Source of the DNA: an uncultured Hormoscilla sp.
Lineage (GTDB): Bacteria > Cyanobacteriota > Cyanobacteriia > Cyanobacteriales > Desertifilaceae
Assembly: GCA_963921275.4 (NCBI GenBank)
Contig: OZ001293.3
Coordinates: 3,872,001 to 3,936,000 of the forward strand
Length of the DNA stretch: 64,000 nucleotides
Direction: 5' to 3'
Position numbers and translations under genes: made by a program. Of this stretch, positions 39,151 through 54,648 are shown one piece after another. Positions within the stretch are counted from its first letter, which is position 1, and every line of letters starts with the position of its first letter. The notes beneath the pieces were generated by a model. That model had not been told where the DNA came from and ran no database searches. It saw only the letters and a list, made by a program, of their open reading frames with translations.

Positions 39151-40440
39151 ATGAGAGTCTTCATCCTCATCTGGTTTGGTCAGCTCATCTCCCTGATCGG
39201 TTCGGGTCTTACTAGCTTTGCTTTGGGGGTACGAGTCTATCAGAACACCGGATCTGTCACCCAGTTCGCTCTGATTACGCTTTGCACGACTCTACCGCTG
39301 GTAATCGTTTCTCCTATAGCCGGTACACTAGTTGACCGCTGGAGCCGACGGTGGACAATGATTATTAGCGATTCTGGTAGCGGTATATGTACCCTGGCGA
39401 TCGCCGTTTTGCTCGCCACCGGTACTCTGGAAGTTTGGCATATATACATTATTGCAGCGATCAATTCCTTATTGAGCGCCTTCCAATGGCCAGCTTATAC
39501 CGCCGCCACCACCCTGCTAGTTCCCAAAGAAGAGTTGGGTCGCGCCAGTGGGATGGTCCAGTCAGGAGAAAGCATCGCTCAAATCCTCTCACCGGCGATC
39601 GCTGGCGTGCTTCTAGTCACAATCGGGTTGCGGGGTATTATTCTACTCGACTTTATCACTTTCGGTTTCGCCCTATCAACCTTACTTTGCATCCGTTTTC
39701 CGGAGATAGAGAGCAAAGCTGAAAAAATAACAACCTCAAATAACCTGTGGGAAGAATTACTCTATGGTGTAACTTATCTTACCACGAGACCTGGCTTAGT
39801 GGGAATACTGGGTTTTTTCGCAATTATCAACTTATTTACAGCACTGATAATTATCTTAGTGCCTCCTTTAATACTGTCTTTATTCTCTCCTGTAGTGCTG
39901 GGTACGATCGAGTCCATTGGCGGCATAGGTATGCTTGCTGGCAGCTCGTTAATGATTATTTGGAAAGGTCCAGAAAACCGCATCAAGACTGTGTTTGGCA
40001 TCCCGATACTCATGGCTTTCTCGACTATCGTTATGGGATTACACAGTTCCATCCTCGTTCTATCTATTGGGAGTTTTTTATTCTTATTTGGTTCTCCAGT
40101 TATCCGTGCTTGTCTCCAAGTCATCTGGCAAATCAAAATTGCACCTGACGTTCAAGGAAGAGTTTTTTCTCTTAAACGAATGGTAGTCCGATCGTGCGTA
40201 CCCTTAGCTGCTGTCGTGGCCGGACCGTTAAATGACTATATTTTTGAACCGCTGATGGCTGCTGATGGTCCTTTAGCAGCAAGTCTGGGACAAATCATTG
40301 GCGTAGGAACGGGTCGCGGTATCGATCTGATGTTGGTCGTTCTAGGCGTTTTAATCATATTAACAACTTTTTTCGCCTACCTCTATGCTCCTCTGCGGTT
40401 AGTGGAAAGTCAACTACCTGATGCTACTATCGGGACTTAG
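39151..40440 (+). CDS. MFS exporter (DHA3/macrolide-efflux-like)
   Basis: WFGQLISLIGSGLTSFALG, GTLVDRWSRR, DVQGRVF. Confidence 0.92.
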   Translation: MRVFILIWFGQLISLIGSGLTSFALGVRVYQNTGSVTQFALITLCTTLPLVIVSPIAGTLVDRWSRRWTMIISDSGSGICTLAIAVLLATGTLEVWHIYIIAAINSLLSAFQWPAYTAATTLLVPKEELGRASGMVQSGESIAQILSPAIAGVLLVTIGLRGIILLDFITFGFALSTLLCIRFPEIESKAEKITTSNNLWEELLYGVTYLTTRPGLVGILGFFAIINLFTALIIILVPPLILSLFSPVVLGTIESIGGIGMLAGSSLMIIWKGPENRIKTVFGIPILMAFSTIVMGLHSSILVLSIGSFLFLFGSPVIRACLQVIWQIKIAPDVQGRVFSLKRMVVRSCVPLAAVVAGPLNDYIFEPLMAADGPLAASLGQIIGVGTGRGIDLMLVVLGVLIILTTFFAYLYAPLRLVESQLPDATIGT

Positions 40441-40640
40441 GCAATTCAAAATTCAAAATTCAAAATGGGGAAAGCTATTTTGAACTTGGGTTTCAGCTTT
40501 TAGACCTATGCAAATTCAATGCGCGACAGCTTTGAGAATTGGGAATTGTCAATTGAGAATGGAAAATTGATAATTATTGTCGGAATATTTGTCCGCTTTA
40601 CCATGTCCTGTATTCAGTAACTAATGAAGAGGGTTGAAGT

Positions 40641-43600
40641 ATGATTGCGATAGATGGCTTTACTGCGATCGCAAAGATATATGAAAGTGCCAACTCTCTA
40701 GTCTATCGGGGACTGCGAGAGTCGGATAAGCAAGCTGCAATCGCGTAGCGTGCGCGCAGCGCAATCCTGAAGGTGCTCAAGCAAGACTATCCCACGGAAC
40801 TAACCAGGTACAAGCAGGAATATGAAATTACCCGCAATCTCAATCTGGACGGAGTTGTCAAAGCCTATGATTTATCCTCATATCAGAACACCCTGGTAAT
40901 GATCTTGGAGTATTTTGGCGGTGAATCCTTAAAAATCTGGATGGAAGAGGACAAGTTTACCCTGTCAGAATTTCTGGAAATAGCCATGGCCACAACTGAG
41001 AGTCTAGGGGGAGTTCATGTTGCTAATATTATCCACAAAGATATTAACCCAGCTAATATCGTTCTCAGCCGGACAGGGGGGTACTAAAACTCATCGACTT
41101 TGGCATCTCCACTCAATTAACTCGGGAAAACTCGACCCTGAAAAATCCTCAGGTCCTAGAAGGAACCTTAGCTTATATCTCTCCGGAACAAACGGGAAGA
41201 ATGAACCGGGCCCTGGACTATCGCACGGATTTTTACTCCCTGGGGGTGACTTTTTACGAACTGCTGACCGGTAAACTGCCGTTTGAGACTCGGGAGGCGA
41301 TCGAATTAGTCCACTGTCACATTGCCAAGCAACCTCCGACTCCCTAGGAAGTCAAAGAAGAAATTCCCAAAGCCCTATCGGATCTAGTGATGAAATCCGT
41401 GCCTGCCCGAAAAATGCGGAAGACCGCTATCAAAGTGCTTGGGGGATAAAAGCTGACTTGGCAGAATGCCTGGCCCAATTGCAGAATTTGGGTACTATAT
41501 CAGAGTTTACCTTGGGAGATCGAGATATTTCCGACAAGTTCGCTATTCCCCAGAAACTCTACGGACGGGAGGCGGAAATTGAAACATTATTGACAGCATT
41601 CGATCGCGTATCAGGACTTGGGGGAGTAGAACTGATGCTAGTGGCCGGATATTCAGGCATCGGCAAGTCGGCATTGGTTAAGGAAGTTCACAAACCGATT
41701 ACGGAAAAACGAGGCTATTTCATCTCTGGTAAATTCGACCAGTTTCAGCGCAATATTCCCTACTCTGCGGTTGTCGCAGCCTTCAGTAACTTGATGGGAC
41801 AACTGCTAACGGAAACGGCAGACTCACTGCAGCAATGGCAAGCAAAGCTGTTGGCGGCGGTGGGAGTTAACGGTCAGGTGATTATTGATGTGATCCCGGA
41901 AGTGGAATTGATTATTGGTCCCCAGCCTGACCTGCGCGAATTGGGACCAACGGAATCCCAAAATCGCTTCAATCTGGTGTTTCAAAACTTTATTCGCGTT
42001 TTTTGTGCCCAGTCCCATCCGTTAGTCATATTTCTGGATGACTTGCAGTGGGCGGACTCGGCAACCCTGAAGTTAATTGAACTGGTGATGACGGATAGCA
42101 AGACAGAATACCTGTTCTTGATTAGGGCCTATCGAGATAATGAGGTCAGCCCCACTCATCCTTTGATGCTAATGGTTTCCAAACTGCGGGAGGTGGATGC
42201 AATTGTCAAGCAGATTACTCTAGATCCTTTAGCGAGCATATTTGCCAACTGCTGGCCGAGACCCTGTCTAGTGACAGCACTGCCGTGGCCCCCTTGGCAG
42301 AACTGGTGGTTCGCAAAACCTTGGGCAATCCTTTCTTTGTGAATGAATTCCTCAAAACCCTTTATGCAGAACAGGCGATCGCCTTCGATCTGGCTGACTG
42401 TAATTGGCAATGGGATGTCCGGCAAATTGAGGCCATGGAAATCACGGACAATGTAGTAGATTTGCTGATTGGCAAGCTCAAGAAACAGCCAGCTAGGACT
42501 CAAGAGGTTTTGCGTCTAGCTGCTTGTGTGGGGGCTGCTTTTGATTTAAGGACTCTCTCGATCGTTAGCGAAAAAACCCCAGAGGTAATTTCCCCTGACC
42601 TGAAGAGGGCCATGCAGTCGGGATTAATTCTGCCGGCATCGGAGTTAGATGCTCAACTGTTAATTCATAATTATCGCTTCCTGCACGATCGCGTCCAACA
42701 AGCGGCTTATGCCTTGAATGATGCCGCTAACCAAAAAGCCGTTCACTTGCAAATCGGTCGCCTGTTGCTAGAGAATCTCGATGACCAACAAGGTCAGGAA
42801 AGATTCTTTGAGATCGTCGATCATCTCAATCTCGGTCTGGAGTTAGTAACCGATCCAGAAGAACGAAAGCGAATCGCTCAACTCAATCTCATGGCTGGTC
42901 AGAAAGCCAAGGCAGCAACTGCTTATGGGGCAGCAGTCAAGTATTTAATGTGGGGCGAGGACTTTTGAATCAGCAGAGTTGGCAGAACTTGTACGACCTC
43001 ACCTTATCTTTGCATTCGGAAGCAGCAGCAGCAGCGAAGCCTGTACCTCAGGGGTAACTTCCAGCAGATGGAACAGTTAGCAGCGATCGTGCTACAACGG
43101 GCCAGAACGATTCTAGACAAAGTCAAAATCTATGAAATTCAGATTCAAGCCTATGTAGGACAAAATCAACTCCTCAAAGCGGTCAATACTGCCCTACCGA
43201 TTCTGGATTTGTTAGGTGTCAGCTTTCCCGAAAACCCGTCCCAGTCCGATTTGCAATTGGACTAGAGGAAACCCGATCGCTTTTGGGCAACAAGACAATT
43301 AAAGACTTGAGCGAACTTCCCGAAATGACCGATCCCTACAAGCTAGCAGCAATGCGGATATTGTCGAGAATCTGGGGTTCTGCCTATATGGCCCTTCCCG
43401 CCTTGATACCCCTAACTGTATTGCAAATAATGAATTTATCAGTGACATCAGGCAATACTTCTATCTCAGCTTTTGGCTATGCTTGCTATGGATTGATTCT
43501 CGTCGAGGTTGTCAGATATCTTCAAGCTGGTTATAAATTTGGGCAACTGGGTGTTACTGTTTTGTCTCGGTTCTATGATCGAGAAGTAGAATCAAAAACC

Positions 43601-44740
43601 TTGGAAGTATTTAATGCTTTTGTCAGGCATTGGAAAGATCATGTCAAGGAAACGCTCCCACCTTTAATGCAAGGCTATCAAAGCGGACTAGATACGGGTG
43701 ATTTAGAATTTGTTGCCTATTGCGGCTATGTCTACTGCTACTATTCTTACTCCATCGGCAAGCAACTGTCAAGTCTGGAAAAAAGAATTGCGACCCATGT
43801 TGATTTGCTGGGTCAAATTAAGCAAGAAACAGTTCGCAATTATTCCCGAATGCTTCATCAAGCTACCTTAAACTTGATGGGCAACCCTGACCAGGGAGTT
43901 AATTGGTGAGGCTTATAACGAAAGGGAGATGCTGCCGATACATCAGCAAGCTAATGATGGATCGGCCATCGCATTTGCACACATTCACAAACTCTTCCTC
44001 TGCTATTTATTTGCACAGTACGATCGCGCCCTAGCCAATGCTGACATTGCCGAAAAAAATTTAGCAAAGGTTACGGGATTGGTCTTGATAGTCATTTTCA
44101 ACTTTTATGATTCTCTATCCAGGATAGCAGTCTGTGCATCATCGGCCATCCCATATTCTTTACAGGATGTCCTGCTCGATCGCATAGCAGGTAATCAGGA
44201 AAAAATGCAGCATTGGGCCGCTCACGCTCCCATGAATCATTTGCACAAATATCATCTAGTAGAAGCGGAGCGACATCGCTTGGTGGGAAAAAAGATGGAG
44301 GCCATGGAGATGTACGATCGCGCTATTGCCGGAGCTAAAGAAAATGAATACTTGCATGAAGAAGCCCTCGCCAACGAACTAGCAGCAAAATTATACCTCG
44401 ACTGGGGCAAGGAGAAAATCGCCCGGGTTTATATGCAGGAAGCTCATTACTGCTATACCCGTTGCAACAGCAAAAGTCAAGCATCTGGAAGAAAGCTATC
44501 CGCAGTTATTGAGCGCAGCAAAGGCAAGAAACCTCACGACTGCTACCACCATAACCAGCACAGCAGGAATAAGCACTGGCGATCGCCTAGACCTGACTAC
44601 CATCCTCCAAGCTTCCCAAACCATTTCTAGCGAAATTCAGCTCGATCGACTGCTAGAGAAGCTGATGAAACTCGTCCTGGCCAACGCCGGGGCGCAAAAC
44701 GGTTGCTTAATATTACTAGAGGGGGAACAACTGCTCGTGA
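40641..44740 (+). pseudogene. Degraded Ser/Thr kinase-AAA ATPase-GAF sensor protein
   Basis: [62 protein letters not shown] spread over many frames with stops and frameshifts. Confidence 0.9.
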
Positions 44741-44996
44741 GGTCAGACGTTGATCCTCACGAGCTCTCCCAGTCGCTGGATACTTTTGAGCCGCACCCAT
44801 CACTTGACGGGACAAAATGTCGATGTCTAAAGGGCAGTACGATCGCTCCGGCGGAGTTTGCAGCCTGGTGCGCGCAGCGCATGTAGTGCGCCCTTTAGAC
44901 ATCTCAGCCGACTCCGGGCTTTCTCCCTAAATAGCGTTGGCTGAAAAGGTCGCAGCCTGCGCTCACCCCCCTTAACGATAGAGATATTTTATTCTG

Positions 44997-45257
44997 GAAT
45001 GACTTCCTCACTCCCTGGAGTGAGGAAGTCATTCCCTGGAGAACTCAGTCATTCCCAGGACTAACTGTTCATTTCCTAGAGTAACTTCCTCATTCCACCG
45101 AGTACGAGAGTCATTCGGTGGCGGAACAAGGTTTAGCTTTGACTTGAAACAAGATTACCAAAAGGAAGCTGAGTAACTCCTTGGCCGGAGCGGGAGTCTC
45201 CAAGGCCGGAGTAAGCGCCTCCAAGGCCGAAGTAAGCACCTCCAAGGCCGGAGTAAA
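44997..45257. repeat. Two short arrays of degenerate ~21-bp tandem repeats
   Basis: gaatgacttcctcactccctg/gagtgaggaagtcattccctg...; ggccggagtaagcgcctccaa x3-4. Confidence 0.65.
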
Positions 45258-45512
45258 ATCGGAGGTGTGGTCTTGCGCCCGTTGGTAAGATGATCCCCCC
45301 AGCCCCCCTTAAAAAAGGCTTACAAAGGTAGGTTTTTTACTTTCGCCAGATCCTTCCCTCAAACAAACCGAAATGTAAAAAACCTACTCCTGTGAGCTTA
45401 AAAAGGGGGGGGCAAGCTGCTCCCCCCCGCGCTGGGGGGCTGGGGGGGATCGCCCGCTACCGGTGAGAGTCGAAAATTGCTCTACTAATGCAACAAATGC
45501 ATGACCGTACCC

Positions 45513-47179
<1,667 letters not shown>

Positions 47180-47302
47180 TTGGCTAGATAGAGGGATCTG
47201 GCCTCTAAAATCATTACTTGTTTATCACCACCTGAACAACTAACAACTGACAAATTATGGTGCATCTTCAAGAAGCCAAAAAGACTGTGAGGTCCAATAG
47301 CT

Positions 47303-50165
<2,863 letters not shown>

Positions 50166-50173
50166 GATCGCCT

Positions 50174-51517
50174 ATGTTTATTGAAGGCATGGAAGAAGAA
50201 GTAATATTAATTGTCGATGACACCCCCACTAATTTAGAGGTGTTGTTCGATTGTTTAGATGATGCAGGATTTGAAGTGGTGGTGGCGAAGGATGGCGAAA
50301 GTGCCCTGCAGAAGGTGGAAAAGGAGCCGCCGGATTTGATTTTGCTGGACGTGATGATGCCGGGAATAGACGGTTTTGAAACCTGCCGTCGGCTCAAGGC
50401 TAATCCCGACAGTAAGGACATTCCGGTAATTTTTATGACGGCTCTTTCGGACGCGGCCGATAAGATCGCGGGTCTTTCCCTCGGGGCGGTAGATTATATC
50501 ACTAAGCCCTTTCAGCAAGAGGAAGTGTTAGCCCGGGTGAAGGTTCACTTACAACTGCGAAAAGAAATCAAACAGCGGACTGCAGCTGAAGCCGAATTAG
50601 CGAAGCTCAACCAAAAGTTAGAGAAACGGGTGTCCGAACGGACGGCTCAACTAAAACAGACAATAGAGCAGTTGCAAGATGCTCAACTTCAGCAGCTAGT
50701 GCAGAAGGAAAAAATGTCTATTATCGGTCAGTTGGTGGCTACTGTAGCCCACGAAATCAATAACCCCTTGAGTTTCATCTCTGGCAATTTGACTCACGCT
50801 GAATTATATATTAAAGACTTGATTGCACATTTGCAACTTTACCAAGATAAGTTTCCGGCTCCGGGAGCAGAAATTGCCGACCATGCAGAAGATATTGACC
50901 TGGAGTTCCTGATGGAGGACTTGTGCCAACTGATCTCATCCATGAAGATGGGGACCGATCGCATTGTCCAAATTAGTGTTTCTTTGAGAAATTTCTCCCG
51001 CGCAGATACAGAAAATAAAGTAGCCGCAGACATTCACGAAGGCATAGATACCACGTTAATGATTTTAAAACCTCGACTGAAAGCTAGGAAAAAGATTCCC
51101 GAAATTGAGATTGTTAAAGAATATGGCGAGTTGCCCCTAGTAGAGTGCTACCCGGGACAACTAAATCAGGTGTTTATGAATATCCTGGCTAATGCGATCG
51201 ATGTATTTGATGAGGATATTATTGGGCGCGATGGGACTAAAATTAAGGCTAATCATGATATAATTACTATCTGCACAGAAGCAAATTCAGAGCATGTTAC
51301 TATTAGGATCAAAGATAATGGTCCGGGAATGTCATCAGAAGTGATACAGCAGATATTTGACTATTTATTCACTACTAAACCAGCGGACAAAGGGACGGGA
51401 TTGGGGTTGTCTATCTCCCGTAAAATTGTCGAGGAAAAACATGGGGGCAAGCTGACTGTGATTTCCGCACCGGGACAGGGGGCAGAATTCGCGATCGCCT
51501 TGCCTCTGAATTGTTAA
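50174..51517 (+). CDS. REC-HisKA-HATPase hybrid kinase/response regulator (start 50174 or 50189)
   Basis: ILIVDD, LILLDVMMPG, VAHEINNPL, NILANAID, DNGPGM, KGTGLGL. Confidence 0.92.
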   Translation: MFIEGMEEEVILIVDDTPTNLEVLFDCLDDAGFEVVVAKDGESALQKVEKEPPDLILLDVMMPGIDGFETCRRLKANPDSKDIPVIFMTALSDAADKIAGLSLGAVDYITKPFQQEEVLARVKVHLQLRKEIKQRTAAEAELAKLNQKLEKRVSERTAQLKQTIEQLQDAQLQQLVQKEKMSIIGQLVATVAHEINNPLSFISGNLTHAELYIKDLIAHLQLYQDKFPAPGAEIADHAEDIDLEFLMEDLCQLISSMKMGTDRIVQISVSLRNFSRADTENKVAADIHEGIDTTLMILKPRLKARKKIPEIEIVKEYGELPLVECYPGQLNQVFMNILANAIDVFDEDIIGRDGTKIKANHDIITICTEANSEHVTIRIKDNGPGMSSEVIQQIFDYLFTTKPADKGTGLGLSISRKIVEEKHGGKLTVISAPGQGAEFAIALPLNC

Positions 51518-51649
51518 TTGTTAGTTGTCAGTTGTTAGTTGTCAGCACCATCTCCTATTTACATATCTGGACATGTTTCCAAATTGTTAATTGTTAATTG
51601 TTGCCGATTCTCAATCCGTAATGAACAATTAGCAATTAGCAATGAACAA

Positions 51650-52829
51650 TTAGCCATTCGCAAAAGCATTTTGAAATCGTGACGCTTTGAACAGACTAAT
51701 GTCATGTTCGGTTTCGCCTTGGAGGGCTAAGTCAGCTAAGATGCTGCCCACGAGGGTAGTGAACTTGAAGCCATGTCCAGAAAAGCCAGCAGCAAAGATA
51801 ACTTGGGGATATTCCGGATGGCGTCCGCGTAGCGTGCGCGCAGCGCATTCGATCGCAAAATCTTTGTCCGGGGTCAGAGTATATAAACACCTGCGGGTGG
51901 ATAGCAGGGGACCATTAGCACCAGGGATATACTGGCGGGAGAAACCCCGCATGCGCTCAATCCAGTTATCATCGGGAGTATAGTCTACCTCCCTGGGATG
52001 ACTGACAGTTTCCCAGCCATAAAGAGTGGTAATTTTTACCCCAGAGTCCCGATCAGAGGGAATGCCATAGGGCATTTCTCCATAGTCTCCATTCATGTGG
52101 GCAATGAATACCGGAAAGCGTCCTGGTTGATAATCTTCTGGGTTGTCGGGCTGGAAAAAAGCTAGCTGACAGGGCATGATTTTCAAAGGCAACTCTATCC
52201 CCAATGGCGACAGCAACGTTTTTGCCCAACTACCTGCTGTAATTACTATTTTGTCTGCGGCATAAGTTTCGGTGGGAGTCTGCACTTCCACACTGTTACT
52301 GCCTACAGTAATCTTAGTTACTGTCCGATCCACAAGGGTGGCACCCCGCCCCTGGGCGAGGCGAGTATGAGCCAATACGCACTTTGAGGCAGCCAATAAT
52401 CCGGTATCCTGCTGATAGATTACCTCCATCCCCTCGTCGAACCGGAATTGGGGGAAACGCTGGCTGGCCTCTGGGGCCGTGAGGCGATCGAAGGCAATAC
52501 CCATTTCCTCCATACTAGCAGCTACCTTCTGAAAACTTGTCTCATCCGGTTGAGCAAAATCAATTCCTCCAGTCTTGACATATAGCCTTTCTCCCGCTTC
52601 TTCTTCAAGGGCAAACCAGAGGCGATCGGCAACTCGCATCAGATTAATGTAAATTGGATTATCGTAGGCATAGCGAATCACCCGGGAGACACCATAGGAA
52701 CTGCCATTTTGGTGATTGAGTTCAAACTGTTCTAGCAGCAGAACCCGCTGTCGGGCCTTGGATAGATAGTAAGCAGCAGCGCTACCTATCCCCCCTGCCC
52801 CCAAAACGATCGCGTCAAAGTGTTGCCAT
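51650..52829 (-). CDS. solA: N-methyltryptophan/monomeric sarcosine oxidase-like flavoprotein (SolA/MTOX family); apparent frameshift near the start and an 8-aa repeat insertion
   Basis: HFDAIVLGAGGIG, GSSYGVSRVIR, CLYTLTPD, GFSGHGFKF; ATG at 52829 is out of frame with FDAIV. Confidence 0.7.
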
Positions 52830-53041
52830 CAAGCTGTTACTCCTACTCTTATACTTACAATTATATCGGTAGGGTGGTCAGTGCCCACCATTGCGGTTGT
52901 TTTTCAGTTCGTAGGGTGGGCCATGCCCACTGTCATTGCGGTTGTTTTTCAATAGACCCAGGATAATAACAGATAATTTGATGCAACATATTCATAGCTT
53001 ATACCCTTGTAGCTGTAGGTTGGGTTTCGTGCCTCAACCCA

Positions 53042-53131
53042 ACCTACAGCTACAAATGGCAAGGACTAAAGTCCTTACTACAAACGACCTACAGCTACAA
53101 ATGGCAAGGACTAAAGTCCTTACTACAAACG
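53042..53131 (+). repeat. 2 x 45-bp tandem containing the AAGGACTAAAGTCCTTACTAC repeat
   Basis: Direct reading; same family at 48547, 56442, 57443. Confidence 0.8.
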
Positions 53132-53758
53132 GTCTTTACTACAAACTGAATTTGGGCGAGTGGTCTGGACTATATGTGAAAGAATGCCCAGGATAGATTC
53201 CAGATTCTCCAGATAATGTTCCCCTCGCTCAATATAAACATTACTTTCTCCTAATTGCAGGAATTTCCAAATACTGCCTGTAGTTACGCTACCATAAATA
53301 CAAGGAATCTCCCGATCGCGCATATAATTGAATATTTGCGCCCCTACCATTTCGGCAATACATTGAGGTAAGCCTGATTTGATATTATCATTTTTAGCTT
53401 CCACAATAGTTACCACTGGAGCATTAATGGATAAGAGTTCGGGAGAATGACTGATGAGAAAGTCACATCTGCCATTCAACCCCCGACTTTTATCCACGGT
53501 AAAGTCGGAACCAGAGAATATACTTATTTGACGCTGAAAACTCTTCCGCAGCTCCACGAGAATGGGAGCAACAATTAATTCCGAGCGGGCTTTTTCTGTG
53601 TCAACTCCCAAAGCTAGGGGAAGATTTTCTTCTAGGATATCTCTTAGCAAGGGGCTGGGATTTACAGGTTTTATGGCCTGAAAGAGTTCCATTTGCTCCT
53701 GAATAGTCAAGTTGAATTGACTTTTTAGTTCTTCTAGGGTGAATTCACTATAAGACAT
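53123..53758 (-). CDS. Conserved cyanobacterial hypothetical protein (PD-(D/E)xK-like)
   Basis: TEKARSELIVAPIL, GLNGRCDFL, IVEAK, QCIAEM, GSVTTGSIWKF. Confidence 0.75.
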   Translation of the reverse strand: MSYSEFTLEELKSQFNLTIQEQMELFQAIKPVNPSPLLRDILEENLPLALGVDTEKARSELIVAPILVELRKSFQRQISIFSGSDFTVDKSRGLNGRCDFLISHSPELLSINAPVVTIVEAKNDNIKSGLPQCIAEMVGAQIFNYMRDREIPCIYGSVTTGSIWKFLQLGESNVYIERGEHYLENLESILGILSHIVQTTRPNSVCSKDRL

Positions 53759-54001
53759 GATTGTTTCTCCTCTTATACCAAGATAACCAAATTAAACGCG
53801 AATGTCAAGGGGGCGATCGCATTTTATCGGAATATTGTAAATTAAGAAACCAGGTTTTTTGGAAAAACCTGGTTTCTGGGTTACTGGTAATAGGCCCGCA
53901 GCATGCATCTACAACTCCAGATGAGCGTTAAGATACAGAGTAGGTAATAGAACAGTGACCGGTCAAAAGATGCGATTGGACTTGACGCAAGTATGCTATA
54001 A

Positions 54002-54194
54002 ATTACATCTTGTACCTTTCCCGATAGCTCGCCGGAGGTTGCTTTCTATATAAGGCTTTTAGTCGGTTTTCAACCGACTTCAGCTATTAGCCAGGGGTTT
54101 GAACCCTCGCGATATCCTGGGAGCGCTACGATCACTACCCAGGATATCGCGAGGGCGGGCCATGAGGCTGATCGACAATGGTGCAAGATCTCAG
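54002..54194. mobile_element. MITE-like element with a long internal hairpin
   Basis: ttacatcttgtacc ... ggtgcaagatctcag, flanked by ctataa; cctcgcgatatcctggg...cccaggatatcgcgagg. Confidence 0.55.
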
Positions 54195-54229
54195 CTATAA
54201 AAGAAAAGAGACCGTATAAGACGCGACCT

Positions 54230-54625
54230 ATGACGCCTGTATCGACTCAATACCCCAACCGGACGATAAAACGGGCAGAACGAGCCATCAGCTGTTCGCC
54301 CTTTAACCTGTCTTTATTTGCGACAATGCAACTCAGGAGCGTTCCTCTCATTAGTATCGCTGGCTCAGAGGCGGTCCAACAGCAATGGACTAAGGGTCCC
54401 CTATCTGAGTTAGCAGCAGAAAATGCCCTGCTATGGCTGATCCAAGTAGGGATATTGCGGCGAGAGGTAGATGGTCAGGGAATCACAGATAGTTTTCGCC
54501 TCACTCCCTTGGGGCGTCAGTTGCTGGAAAAATGGCAGCAGCAATCACTACCTGAGATTCCAGATCCCTCTCTATGCGATCGCATCTCCAATGCTTGCAG
54601 TCGCTGGTTGCGACTGCCGATCTAA
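54230..54625 (+). CDS. Npun_F0494-like conserved protein (usual cobQ neighbour)
   Basis: LLWLIQVGILRREVDGQGITDSFRLTPLGRQ. Confidence 0.8.
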   Translation: MTPVSTQYPNRTIKRAERAISCSPFNLSLFATMQLRSVPLISIAGSEAVQQQWTKGPLSELAAENALLWLIQVGILRREVDGQGITDSFRLTPLGRQLLEKWQQQSLPEIPDPSLCDRISNACSRWLRLPI

Positions 54626-54648
54626 TTATCCCCGAAACTGGAAATCCT

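Noticed and set aside
44997..45257. Mini-CRISPR
   Set aside because: Contiguous degenerate ~21-bp units without a repeat-spacer alternation
52936..53196. 86-aa ORF with internal repeat
   Set aside because: Made of translated intergenic repeats ([20 protein letters not shown])
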